Assembly (NCBI GenBank): GCA_030248215.1
Contig: JASANG010000443.1
Coordinates: 248,001-312,000, forward strand
From: Enoplolaimus lenunculus
Taxonomy: Eukaryota
DNA: 64,000 nucleotides
Reading direction: 5' to 3'
The translations under genes were made by a program, and so were the position numbers. Below, piece after piece: positions 50,545 to 63,784 of the stretch. Within the stretch, counting starts at the first letter, position 1. Each line of letters opens with the position of its first letter. The notes beneath the pieces were generated by a model, which saw only the letters and a program-made list of their open reading frames with translations, was not told where the DNA came from and made no database searches.

Positions 50545-52293
50545 TATTGGGTTTGATGCGTTTCTATTGTTTTCGGGACCAATTCTATAGATGGGTTACA
50601 AGGATGTATATGTGAATATTGCTACATTTGCAGGCATTGGAGTTTTATTATTTCTTGGAGTTCAGTAACGATTTATTCATCACCATACCAAGATTTGACG
50701 GTTTTCTTACACTATAAATTCCAATGAGTCGATCAATCAATTCAGCTAGCGAGTTGGTTATTTTTGAATTAATATCAGTAAACATCAACTCACTCTGAGT
50801 TGAGTTTATTCTCACTCTGAGTTGAGTTGGCTCTGAGTAAGTTGATTAGTTGACTCAGAAAGAATTGAATCAGCTCAAAATTTTGAGTTCTGATAGTCCT
50901 AACTCAGACTGAGTCATTCAACTCATTCTGAGTTAAAATCAACTCACTGAAATTTACGAGTGTAATTCTCCAAACTTGGCAATTTATCGTCATTTTGCGT
51001 ATAGACAAGCAAGCATCTTAGCCCGTATCCTCAAATGTGTATAGCATCTACCATCAGTTGGTGATAGGTCCTGTAACTTTGGAACATGCTCACGGTGAGG
51101 TTCGAAATTCAGCACATTGTTTGCGTTTAATTTGCCCTACTTTTGCACCAATTTTCTAATCTGCAATTGTAGTCGTTTGTCAATTTGAAAACCTATCGCT
51201 AACTGATGATTACGTACTATACGCATTTAAGAATATGGGCCCTAGTCATAAAACCCTGCGCTAAACTCTACAACCGTAACAACTATATTTTTGACGTTTG
51301 CACACTTTCGCCCTGATTTACGCTTAGGCTTAGGCTTTAGCCGGTCCCGTGGCCAGAGTAGGGTCAAAAGAAGCTCAGCCCCTTGTAAGAATGCGGTCCC
51401 TCCTGGTTAATTTTCAACCTTGCTTGTAAGTCATTGAAAACCCTTGCATGCCCTTTCTGAAAAATTTTCATCCCACTTAGCTATAGGTAAGCTAGCTTTG
51501 GACCTGGGCTTGGTGTAGCAATCATTGTACCTATACCTAAGCCTACACCTTTGCCTAAGTTTAACCTTAGCTTAAGCTTGATTCTACACTGTAAAAAATG
51601 ATGAGTCAAATTGACTCTGTTGGAAATAGACTTTTCCTGACTACACAAACTGAGTCAAATTCGACTCACTGAGCGATTCAGTGAATTGAATTTGACTCTG
51701 GCGGAGTCGTATTTTGTCTCAGTTTGCGTAGTCAGGAAAAGCCTATTTCGGAGAGAGTTAATTTGACTCCCCATTTTTTGCAGTTTAACAATAAACCTTG
51801 AACCTAAGGTCTCAGCCTAAACAATACGGGGGAAGCACAAAGGCCTACGTTTGTTTAACGCTATACGACACTGTTCTGTTCTAGATATATTCACCTGCCA
51901 GGAGGTATACTATACACAAACACTATTGTTATAGTTTCTCTATTGAATTTACATTAAAACGCGAGTTTGGCACAAAGACAGTCCATTTCCTGTAGCCAGT
52001 ATATTAACTGTGGGGTTTTTAGGCAAAACCTTGTTTACGAGAATATAATTATCTTAATATAACCTGTTTTTCGATACTCTATATGCGATAAATAATACCG
52101 ATTAAAGGTTTGCTTGTTGAATAGAATGGTTTATACCAGAGGTAAAGACCATGAATTACCTTTAGATTTGGCTTTTGTTCACTTTTACCTGGACAGGCTT
52201 AGACCATAGGCACAGGCATAGGCTCAGATGTTAGATTTAGGTTCCACAAATGCATATCTAACCGAAGACGTAAACTAAATCTTTGTGTAAGCC

Positions 52294-52482
52294 GGCTAAT
52301 GTAAAGAACCGGGTCGGAACAGTATTATAAGCATATTTATAAGCCTAAGCCTGAGCGTAAGAATGAGCGTATTCCTAAGCCTAAGCCAAAGCCTAGGCCA
52401 AGCAAAAAAATTGTCTAAAGCTTAAGCTTACTCTTTTCTACTCCCATACGGAAACGTTCCGCCCCTGATCGTTACGTGAGCC
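52294..52482. mobile_element. Family A MITE
   Basis: Perfect 8-bp TSD TGTAAGCC at 52286-52293 and 52483-52490. Confidence 0.8.
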
Positions 52483-53400
52483 TGTAAGCCTAAGCCTAGG
52501 TTTAACGATTTCATTAGAAAACATATTGGGAACGTAGTCAGGGGGAAAGATGTAAAATGAAACTCAAGGTCTACCCCAGAATAATCAATAGCGGACCCTG
52601 GTGGTGTACGCTTCGTCAGGAATTTTTGTGTGGTAAGATAGTAACGTCCCTATGTTACAATTTTCCCCTTCAGAAAATTGGCACTTATATAGCATACAGT
52701 ACACAAAATTGTAATGAGTTGCTTAAACAACGCAACTAGTGAGTTAGTTATTTTTGAATTAATATTATTAAACATTCTCAATATGAGTTGAATTGATTCT
52801 CATTCTGAGTTGAGCTGATTTTGGCTAAGTTGATTAATTAACTCAGAATGAGTTAAATTGAATCAGAACTCTGACTTGTGACAGTCCTAACTCCGATTGA
52901 GTGATATAACTCATTCTGAGTTAAAATCAACTCGCTGAAATTTGTACAGTGTAAAAATATCGTTTGATAACTTTTGCCTGCCGCCCCGCCTTCCATCAGA
53001 AATTTATGAATCCGGTGCTGGAGACAGGTACAGCCTTTTCGCTCAGATTTAAAAAGTTTCCAACACGAGTTCAAATGCCTGAAGGTGAACCGTATGTGGC
53101 ATTTTCAACTTATAACAATTTTCTGACCATAGAAAATATGGCCAATGTTACTTTAAGGGACGTAACAGTAGATAAATCGTATTCCTAAGCCTAAGTCTAA
53201 AGCCTACGCATACGGCAATATCATATGTTTCAAAAAGTTTTACTGAATATACAGTTGCATAATTATACTAACAGTACAGAGCATAATTAATACAACTGCA
53301 AGCTTCAATAACTGCATAATAATTACATTTTTCCCTGTCATGTTCCACTTAAATCATGCATTTATATCAGATTCGACTCCTGTCCCCAAAATCTACCAGC

Positions 53401-55216
53401 ATGACCCCCTTTGTCCCCTCGAAAAGTTCAATTTCTCACGCCACTCGTCAACGTCTAACCATCCCTCGGTTACGTGTCAATCAAACTCAGCTTATTTGCA
53501 TATTAACCGCGCTAGCTATGTCATTTTTACCACTAGCAAATTGTAGATCTCGTGATGGAATTATCTGTCGAATTTGCCGGCACAGAACGGTTTCTATGAT
53601 GCCATCACGCGCTGTGCCGCGGAACCGGATAGTGTTCAATGCAAAAAATGCGACCTGTGACGAAACCGATGTCCGGTGTTATCGAGATGAAACTTGTCGA
53701 TCTACTGCAGCGATTAATGGTATGGCCAATAGGGACAGAGAGACCGGTAGTACTTTATGTGGGCGTATTAGATTTGGCCAATAGGGACAGAGAGACCGGT
53801 GGTACTTTATATGGGCGTATTAGGTTTGGCCAATAGGGACAGAGAGACCGGTAGTACTTTATGTGGCCGTATTAGATTTGGCCAATAGGGACAGAAGGAC
53901 CGGTGGTACTTTATATGGGCGTATTAGGTTTGGCCAATAGGGGCAGAGAGACCGGTGGTACTTTATATGACGTATTAGCTTTGGCCAATAGGGACAGAGA
54001 CCGGTGGTACTTTATATGGGCGTATTAGCTTCGGCCAATAGGGACAGAGAGACCGGTGGTACTTTATATAGGCGTTTCAGCTTAAGCGTTATTTATCTCA
54101 CCCATCAGAATAATTTTATGATAAATAGTTTAAGATTTCTACTTTACGAATTTTTTACATTTATTTCACAAAATTTGCGTTTGGCATCTATTGTTGTACG
54201 TCTTCCGACAGAAATTACTGAATCAGCCGCTAGTATAAGGGTGGCTGAAGCTCGAGAGATTTGCCGAGCGTGGGATGTTGGTCGTGTGGTGGGATGGGGC
54301 CCCCACAATTCCCCCACGGTTGAAACGCCAGGTTGTCTTTATGTTCTGTAAAGCTACCATCTTGACCTTTTCTTGCGTTTTGCCCCCACCCAAATCACAG
54401 TTTGCTTCTGGCGCCACTGACCAAAAATGTAGGTTTCGTTTTGGTTCCAATCAAGCTTTAATTTTGGTTCAACTCCAAAAATTTTCTAAATCTTCGATCC
54501 AATGAGTTGATTTATCAAATCAGCTAGCGAGTTCGTTATTTCTGAGTTAATAACAATAAGCATTAAAACTCAGTGTGAGTTGAGCTGAATTTCGCTCTTG
54601 ATTTGATTCCGAGCGAGTTGGTCAGTTAATTCAGATTGAGTTGAATCAACTCACAATTCTGAGTTCTGATCGTCCAGACTGAGTGATTCAACGCATTCTG
54701 AGCTAAAATCAACTCACTGGAAATTACAGTGCAGTATATACCGCACAGATTTGCTAGAAATTCTCTGGTATTTCAGGCGACACCTACTGGGTAATGAAAG
54801 GCTGCTACCGACCACAACGATACTCGCCCAATAGGCGAACAGCATCCTGGTCATCGAATCATAATCGAGATCACGACTACTCACCAGCAAATGGCTACTC
54901 ACGAGCATCTGAACTGCCTTTTGATTCGTTAGAAGAGTACACGTTCTCTGAGCCGTTAGCCAATAGGAGACCACAACCGCAGTGCACTTGGGGAACGCTG
55001 GACGTTTTTTCGCTAGGACGACTGCCTGAAGTAGTTCGCCCACTTTCAAGACACTTATCAGCGTACGAGTGTGTTTGTGATTGGGCGGATCGGTGTAATG
55101 CTGGGGCGTTTTATAATTCAGCATCGAAATTTTTAGTTCCAAGCGATTGGCGAACATTTTTGTGCAGTTTTGTTGCAGTTGGATTCGTTGTGCAATTGTT
55201 TACTGTGATCAGATGA
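53401..55216 (+). CDS. GPI-anchored Ly6/uPAR (three-finger; quiver/odr-2-like) protein, 2 exons, ~252 aa
   Basis: Exons 53401-53719 (AAT G|GTATGG) and 54777-55216 (TTTCAG|GC), phase 1. Hydrophobic signal LICILTALAMSFLPLANC; 10 Cys in Ly6 order (CRIC, ATC, VRC, ETC, MKGC, PQC, ECVC, DRCN); hydrophobic C-terminal GPI-like signal. The start could also be 53356. Confidence 0.85.
53723..54075. repeat. 52-bp minisatellite (~7 copies) in the Ly6 intron
   Basis: Unit TGGCCAATAGGGACAGAGAGACCGGTGGTACTTTATATGGGCGTATTAGGTT at 53723, 53775, 53827, 53879, 53931, 53982, 54032. Confidence 0.9.
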
Positions 55217-55338
55217 GAAGTAAAGGCATACACATTCAAACTACTGTCCCATAGCGATCCCGAAATATTTCTGCCAAAGTTTAAAACAGGACCGTAACAG
55301 TAGTATATGAATATTTATAAGCCTAAGCCTAAGCGTAA

Positions 55339-55581
55339 AGCCCTATGCTACATGTTTTTGCTGTGAGAACTTGCAGCTGCAACCTGCACACAGAACTTGC
55401 ATTTTTTCATCAGCCAATGAGAAAGTGACTTCAATATATTCAGTGAACATCAATGGTTGTTCACACATGTGAACTAAATTCGTAGCTTTGATTTTTAATA
55501 AAATATTTGCAGCTGCAACAAGTTTTTCGAACGATATTTTGGACAAACTAGCAGGCAAAACTTGCACGTGTGAATAGGGCT
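55339..55581. mobile_element. Harbinger-like MITE (TAA TSD) nested in a family A element
   Basis: TAA-AGCCCTAT ... ATAGGGCT-TAA interrupts the family A motif GCGTAAGGAT. Confidence 0.65.
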
Positions 55582-56924
55582 TAAGGATAGGCTTTTTTCC
55601 AAAGCCTAAGCCTAAGCAAAAATAGTCTAAAGCTTAAGGTTACTCTGTTTAATCCCGTGTCAAACGATTAGCCCTATGCTTTACTTGGTCAAAATAGCGA
55701 AAAAGCCAACAAATTCCTAGCTGTCATGGGTTTGCAAGTATTTCTGGGTGTAACCGGATGTTCGTTTTTGTCTCTGGTAAAAATCGGTGTCCGTTTTCGT
55801 TTCCATTACCTTTAATACATAAATAACGAAAATTCTGACATTTTACGTCCAAAAATAGTTCTAAATCATGTTTACAACTGGCAATTTTTATTTACAGATA
55901 TGCTGCAATTGTTCGAAATGAAATAAATGTTACGAAATTCATTCAAAATCTTAAAAAAATTCGACGTATCCGCTATTTTTTATCTTCAGAAAGGCCGGAG
56001 AATATTTGCACATCTCCATATTGGGTTTTCAAAAAATATACCATCTTTGAATTTTTGTACCCTCAATATCCGTTTTCCGGTTCCGTTATTTTTGGTACCC
56101 GTTTAGATCCAGGTATTTGCAGCGGTCCAGTGGTTTTTCTGCAGGAGCGAAAATGCGCTGCTTGGCTCTCAGTATCGTATTCCTTGTTTGCCTATGGTCC
56201 ACGCAAGCCGAATAAGTGATACTAGCGCTATTGTAAGCCTAATCGTATGTTGGAGCAAAAGTAGAAAAATACCGGATGAACGAGATATCGGCGAGCCCCC
56301 AAAACATTGCTTAGGAATTTAATAGGTACTAGACTGCCAGCTTTGCACAATGCGCAAAAGTTAGCGAAAGCACAAAAATTTCCATGCAAATTTTCTTTTC
56401 ATACAACACTCACGTGTATTTCCAAAGAAATTATTGTAAACAAAGTAATGCTGGAAATTTGCCAAAAATAAGTATGTGGGGCGTTGCAGCTTTAATATAT
56501 AGATTAACGAAAGATTTGGCACAAGGTGAGCTGAGAAAATAGCATTTCCCGTTTTTGGCGAATAAGTTTTACAGTTTAGCGAAAAAAACAAGCCTTAGGT
56601 TTATTGTGAAAAACAGGGTGTAACCGAATATCCGTTTCCGGTAACATTGGTGTCAGTTACCGTTACAGAAACCGGAAATTCCGTTATTTTTACGCCCAAA
56701 GTTAGTTAATATAAAGCGCGCATAAATTGCGCAATTTATAATTACAGATACGCTGCAATTGTGCGATATATAAAATACAACTTACAAAATTCATTCAAAA
56801 TCATAAATTTTCGGCACATCTGTTATTGTTTAATTTTTTAGAAAACACTGTGAATATTTGCATACCTCAGTTGTGTTTGCAAACAAGAATAATAAAACAT
56901 CTTTCAAACTTTTACACTTCAATA

Positions 56925-58795
56925 CACTGTAAATTCCAGTGAGTTGATTTTAACTCAGTTCGAGTTCAATCACTTTGTCTGAGGTAGGACTATCAGAACT
57001 GATAATTCTGAGTTGATACAACTCATTCCGAGTTAATTAACCAACTCCCCCGGAATCAACTCAACTCAGAGTGAGAATCAGCTCAACTCTGAGTAGAGTT
57101 AAAGTTAAATTTTATTAACTCAGAAATAACTAACTATTCGTCTGAGTTAATTAATTAACTCATTCGAATTTTAACAGTGTATCCGTTGTCATTTATTTTG
57201 AGTTTTGATCCCTATTCGTTTCCGTTATGTTTACTTTCTGTTTTAAATCCTGGTAAAATTAAACTACATTCAATGTTAATTAATTTATACATAAATAAAC
57301 GTCTATTGTGCTGCTGTTATTATCGGAGACAAACATGAACGTTTTGCGATTGTACTGTAAATTTCAATGAGTTGATTAATCAATTCAACTAGCGAATTGG
57401 TTATTTCTGAGTTAATAACAGTAAACTTTAACTCACTCTGAGTTGCGTTGATTATCACTCTGAGTTGAGGTGACTCTGGGTGAGTTGATTAATTAACTCA
57501 GAGTGAATTGAATCAACTAAAAATTCTGAGTTCTGACAGTCCTAACTCAGACTGAGTGATTCAACTCACTCTGAATTAAAATGAACTCACTGAAATTTAC
57601 AGTGTGGCTATTAATTTAGTTGTCACTTGTACCAAATTGTTTCAGTTGAGTAAACTGTAGCCAATCGTTGAAAATTCCAATGAGTTGATTAATTAACTCA
57701 GAGAGAGAACTAGTTACTGCTTGTAATTTCTGAGTTAATAGCATCACATATTAACTCACTCTGAGCTGATTCAATTCCGGGTGTGTTGACTAACTCAGGA
57801 TGAGTTAAATATAATTCAGAATTCGGAGTTCTGAAAAACCTAACTCAGAGCTCGGAGCTCTGAGTGGATTTACCTCGTTATGAGTTAAAACAACTCACTG
57901 GTATTTACAATGATGGTGAACAATTATGCTTAATAAAAAAGTTATAAATTTAGTAAGAACCAGGTATAGTTTGATATTCGAACCCTGAAATATAAGTTTC
58001 ACCAACTAAAAACAACTGACAATTTTTCTACTTTGACGGACTTGTAGCCGCTTTGGAACTGGGGTTAAGCTGTATTCACTGTAAATTTCAGTGAGTTGAT
58101 TTTAAAGAACTCATAAATTTGAGTTAATTCAATTCATTCTGAGTTAATTAACCAACTCACCCCGAGTCAACTCAACTCAGAGTGAGAATCAACTCAACTG
58201 AGAGTGAGTGAATGTTTACTGATATTAATTCAAAAATAACCAACTCGCTAGCTGAATTGATTAATCAACTCATTGGAATTTACAGCGTAGTTCCGATTGA
58301 ACCTTTTTGTTTCGACGAGAAATTATCACAGTAACGCAAGTTTTTCTTCGTTGCACATGGAATTACGAAATGATTCCTCATTGTGTACTCATTCATGTTT
58401 ATATTGCTCTAGCAATCAATGACCTACCCGGAGGGCGTTGGATTTAGGGTCAAACCCCTCCGAGACGTTAAAAATTTTGTAAGCTTGTTTCCAGAGGGTG
58501 GTGATATACTGGCCGTGGGGCAGCGTGTTGGGCCGCACGTCAAAAAATTTTTTTTACAAATTGATAGGATGTACCATGCGTCAATCACTAAATTTCATTG
58601 AGTTGATTAAACAACTCAGCTACGGACTTATAGTTATTTCTGAGTTAATCACAGTAAGCATTGACTCACTCTGAATTGAGATGATTCCCACTCTGAGTTC
58701 AGTTGATTGCGCGTGAGTTGAAAATTAGAGTGAGCGTTCAGACTGAGTGATTCAACTCATTTTAGTTAAAATCAACTCGCTCGGATTTACAGTGA
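56925..58795. repeat. Cluster of family B MITEs (56925-57179 nested in a CAGGG-ended repeat, 57353-57604, ~57670-57912, 58077-58287, ~58587-58794)
   Basis: Shared termini and internal AACTCAG repeats. Confidence 0.75.
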
Positions 58796-58959
58796 TATAT
58801 ACACCTGCGTTACCGTACGGTGCCGGACAGTGACGAACGATGCCGGACGGTGCCCAACCTCATCAAAAGTATAGCACTACCCGCTACCCATAAAAGCTAG
58901 TTTCAGATTTTAGTCCAAAAATTTGAGTTTATTTACAATTTGAATCTTATCGTCAAATT

Positions 58960-59148
58960 GGCCCATGTATAGAACAGGGCCGGAACAGTAGTATAAGCTT
59001 AAGCCTAAGCGTAAGCCTAAGCGTAAGAATGAGCATATTCCTAAGCCTAAGCTAAGCCTAAACCTAAACAAAAAATTAGTCTAAAGCTTAAACTGACTCT
59101 ATTATAGCCCCTCCGGAAAACGATCCGGCCCTGTTCTATATATGGGCT
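58960..59148. mobile_element. Family A MITE
   Basis: TSD GTCAAATT/GTTAAATT (7 of 8 match). Confidence 0.8.
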
Positions 59149-61017
59149 GTTAAATTTATATATATTGTATAAAACGATATAAACCTACATTGAAAGAGTT
59201 GTATTTTTGATCAGAGCTGCACTTTACCCGCTGGTAACGCGGGACGGGTAAGACAATTTTGATGCGGGTATACCGCGGGTGAAGAATTTCAAAGCGCAGG
59301 TTAAAATTTGTCATTTTTATCCACGTAAACTATTCATAAAAAACCTTGAAACCAGATAATGTAGAAAGGCTTCAATTTTTATAATCTTTATTTACCGCAT
59401 GAGAAAAAAATCAGTATCGAGTGACATCAATGCACTGCAAAATTACACAATTGTATTGAACGCAGAAGAAAAAATAAGCGCGGATAAAGACGGGTAACAG
59501 TAAAAAAGTGTTGCACGCTTAAAAGAGGGTAAATGGGTAAAAAAATAAAATTCCCACGATTAAAGCACAGCGTGGGAAAAATTTCATTACAAACTTGCAC
59601 CTCTGTTTTGAATTAACGCGCTAGCTGCAACTGGCAACTAAATTTTGAGGCACGACAACTATTGTCAGTTTTGGAACCAAGATTTGCATTCAGAGGTAGG
59701 TCCGTGCGCTTAATCTGGCCCGTCTTGGGGAACACAGCCCGAGTGGCAGGTGACCGAATTGAACAAATTTTCCGTTATATGCTAACCAATAGCATTGAGA
59801 CACACCATTTCTTAGTCAATCTTTCCATCCAATTAGTCGATTAATCTTTGTTGAGTACTGTTTAATCTTAACAGTAAGTATAGTAGTAAAGTTGTGTTTT
59901 AGAAAAAACACACAAAAACACTTCTACTTTGTCTAATTTTACCAATAACAGTGCACAGTAATCTTTGATGTTGTTTAGAACCTAAAAGTACACTGTAGAA
60001 AAATGGTGAGTTAAATTGACTCTCTTCGAAACAGACTCTACGGGACTACACAAACTGGAGTCAAATTCGACTCACTGAGTCGCAATGTTTGACTCTGACA
60101 GAGTCAAATTTGACTCAGTTTGTGTAGTTCCGAAAAGCCTATTTCGGAGACGGTCAATTTGACTCACAATTTTTAGCAGTGTATTCAATTGGTGATATAT
60201 ACTGTTTGTACGTTTCAAGCCCATGTAAAGATTACAAGCGGAACGCTTTTCTGCAGGATTGTCTGTAATAGAGCTAAGCTTAATCTTTAGATTGTTTTAT
60301 ACTTAGGATTAGGCTTAGACTTAAGCTCATTACGCTTAGGCTTACACTCAAAATATATTTGATAATAATTAAAAAAAATTTTATATTTTTTAAAAATGAT
60401 TATCAGGAGGCACCCTTTAAAATTTTTTTTTTAAAGCTAAAATTTTTTCAAAAAACTTTTGAATAAACGCTTTAAAGTAACCTTTTACAATTTTTTTAAT
60501 AAAAAATCAATATTTTCTATACTTTTCAGCTTTTCAGCAGTTCCCCATTAAACTCATTACTACATAATTTCTTTTTAGGCTTAAGAATGTGCTTATGTTA
60601 CTGTTACGACCTTGTTCCATATAATGGCCCGAACCAGCCTATGGTAAGCAACCAAAACAAAATTTGCCCGTTTTTGCAATAACCGTCTGGTCAGTAGAAT
60701 TCGACATCTGGTGGCACTGCAACAGTATTTTACGGTAACTGGCAATAGATGATATACACACTTGAGAATACGACTCATACCGTTTGAATTTTACCTAAAA
60801 AGTAATTTTGTGCTTTGTTAACCAAAATTAACCAGTTTCATTTGAAAAAAAACAGTGCAACCGGAGGTGAAAAATAGTGAACAAGAAGATTGACAAAAAT
60901 TTTGGCAGCTGGAACCAGGACTGAAGCCAAAATAGTCAGTCGTTGATTTAGGTTAACTTATAAAATCACGGCATATTTTAATATATTTAAAGATACTCAG
61001 TAAGAATTTTTTCATTA

Positions 61018-61284
61018 CCCTTTCTCTCACATGAATATTTGCAATTTCACATGAGATGTAATTTCAAGGTGAGTTTCGATCCCCAGTCTCACGGATGGGA
61101 GGCGTTTACGATGACCACTGAGCTATAGGAGCTGGACGCTCGAGCCCGAGGGCGCTCTCACGTCTTGTGAAGATTTTACAGTGCGCATATATGTTATAAA
61201 TGTTAAACACTGCTCACAGTGTGTACTTATTGCTCGTACATTATTGTATTTAGTTGCTTATAGTATACTCTATGAGTGAAAGAG
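61018..61284. mobile_element. Second piggyBac-like element with tRNA-like cassette
   Basis: CCCTTTCTCTCACATGAATATT ... TATGAGTGAAAGAG-TTAA; interior colinear with 40381-40627. Confidence 0.55.
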
Positions 61285-61441
61285 TTAATCAAATTAATTT
61301 GTGACAAGCGTTGATGTAGGGACAACAGAAATTTTTCGTTGAGGTAGGGTCGGCGAGGAGCAGAGAGAGTAAAAAAGTGTTGACCCTGTCTGAACGCGTG
61401 TCACAAACCGGTCTGTGACACGCGATGACGTAGGATCAATA

Positions 61442-61652
61442 CACTGCAAAAAACGTTGAGGCACATTGAATCCTTCCGATATAGGCTCTACTCGACTACA
61501 CAAATTGAGTCAAAATTTGACTCTACCAGAGTCACATTCAACTCACTGAGTCGCACATTTGACTCTGGCGGAGTCAAATTTTGACTCAATTTGTGTAGTC
61601 CCGTAGAACCTATTTCGGAGTGAGTCAATTTGACTCACCATTTTTTGCAGTG
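61442..61652. mobile_element. Family C palindromic MITE
   Basis: TA-CACTGCAAAAAA ... TTTTTTGCAGTG-TA. Confidence 0.8.
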
Positions 61653-63046
61653 TACATTTCTACGCTCTTAGGTTGTGATATGCGTTCACATAGAGTCAAC
61701 AGAAATTTTTCGTTAAGGTAAATTTTTCGTTGAAGTAGGGGGTTAACATGTCGTTGTTAACGCTATAAAATGACACATTTTGGCGGCCCGGCCGAATTTT
61801 TTAATGTAACCGACGCATTGAAAATGTTTCTATGGCCAAATACTGACAAAGAACAAAATGACACAGCCATCTGTCAGCTGATCTGTAGACTTTTGGCTGC
61901 CAAACTGTCTTAATTAGCAATTGCCAGACAATTTAACGGCTGTCGAACCGTAAAAACAACCAAGGTTTGGCTGTTTTAATATTTATAAGATTTATGACTC
62001 GTAGACGGTGACTAAAAACGTACATACTTAAAATAGTCCAATTCACAGGAATGGAATTGGTTTTGTTTCTAGTTTTTGTCTACAAATTTGAGTTTGCCTG
62101 CAGCTACCGGAAAGCCATAGACGGTAAAAATGGTGAGGCAAATTGACACACAATGAGTCAAATTCGACTCATTCAGTCGCATGTTTGTCTCTGGCGGAGT
62201 CGACTTTGACTGACACGTTTCTGCCGTCCCGTAGAGCCTATTTCGGAGAGAGTCAATTTGACTCATCATTTTTTGCAGTGTAGAACAGTCAACGCTTCGA
62301 GAAAAAATTTTGATTTCTTTATCTTATTGTCAATTATAGTTTTCGATTATCGGAAAGCGGGTGTTAATGTCCGCAGAATGGGCGGTACCCCCCTCATTTG
62401 AATGCTGTGAGTTGCCAGGGTTTCAAATTTATGATAAACCTTTACGCCTGAGCCCAAATCTTGACACCGGATTACAAGACGACATCAACTTTTCACTATT
62501 AAGTAGACCTCAGTTCAGTTCAACTTGCCTTCAAATCCTGAATATTGAGCAAAACCCAATTTGTCGCTTGATTATAACAGAGTCAGCTAAAAGCTTGAGG
62601 CTAATATTTTTGCTTAGGCTTAGCCTTTAGGCTCAGTTAGGCATAGCCTTACACTGCAAAAAAATGGTGAGTCAAATTGACTCACTCCGAAATAGGTTCT
62701 ACGGGACTACACAAATTGAGTCAAAATTTGACTCCGCCAGCGTCAAATGTGCGACTCAGTGAGTTGAATGTGACTCTGTTGGAGTCAAATTTTGACTCAA
62801 TTTGTGTAGTCCCGTAGAGCCTATTTCGGAAGGAGTCCATTTGTCTCACCGTCTTTTTCCGAAGTATATCCTTACACTGAAACTTAGGCTTAGGTTTAGG
62901 GATATGCTTTGCACTGTTAGGTCCCTCAACGTAGCACTGGCACAACTCACTATCAGATCAGGTTTAATATTTAAACCCGACTAAATATAAAGCGCCGGTG
63001 TCATGAAAAAATTTGCCCCCCCCCCCATAAAAAGTAGCCGTTTTCC

Positions 63047-63280
63047 GGACAAATTTTCATATGAAAAGTTGCCCCTCCCCGGACAAATCTTCATATGAAA
63101 AGTTGCCCCTCCCCGGACAAATTTTCATATGAAAAGTTGCCCCTCCCCGGACAAATTTTCATATGAAAAGTTGCCCCTCCCCAGACAAATATTCATATGA
63201 AAAGTTGCCCCTCCCCGGACAAATTTTTATATGAAAAGTTGCCCCTCCCCGGACCAATTTTCATATTAAAATTTGCCAGC
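63047..63280. repeat. 34-bp minisatellite (~7 copies); inverted partial copies at ~63930-64000
   Basis: Unit GGACAAATTTTCATATGAAAAGTTGCCCCTCCCC. Confidence 0.9.
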
Positions 63281-63603
63281 CCTGACGCTTTTTCATAGAA
63301 ATTGTCTATAAAAAGGGTCCCTCTTCATGAAAATTTGCCACCCCCCCTTCGACTGTAAAACTTTGGGCCAACCACACGAGTGATTTTTATTACACGTCAA
63401 TTTTGCCCGTAGAATGTGTTTTATTATGTGGTGTGTTTAAATTTTGCCAATCTAGATTTAAACGGATTTTTGACACTTTTATACACACAAAATGTGCTTA
63501 TAGATATAAATATGTCAATATTTTTAGGAATTCTTTTAAGAATGACGAATTTTGAGTATATAATCTTTTGGCTTCAAAATAATATATATCCTACTGAAAA
63601 ATG

Positions 63604-63784
63604 AGACAATGTTTACTTTCAAGGGCGTAACAGTAGATTAAGCGTATTGCTAAGCCTAAGCCTAAGCGTTGCAAAAATGTGTTCCCAAGCCTAAGCTAAA
63701 GCAAAAAAATGTAATCTACAATATAAACCTTATTCTTTTATGGACCCACCAGACACCTGAACGCCCCTTAAAGTAACATGGGCC
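63604..63784. mobile_element. Family A-related MITE (GTTACTTTAAGGG subfamily)
   Basis: Perfect 8-bp TSD GAAAAATG at 63596-63603 and 63785-63792; GCCTAA repeats inside. Confidence 0.8.

Noticed and set aside
60593..62590. Exon-like segments on the minus strand (60600-60795, 62440-62560)
   Set aside because: Frames opened from the apparent acceptors hit stops, and no family signature is present.
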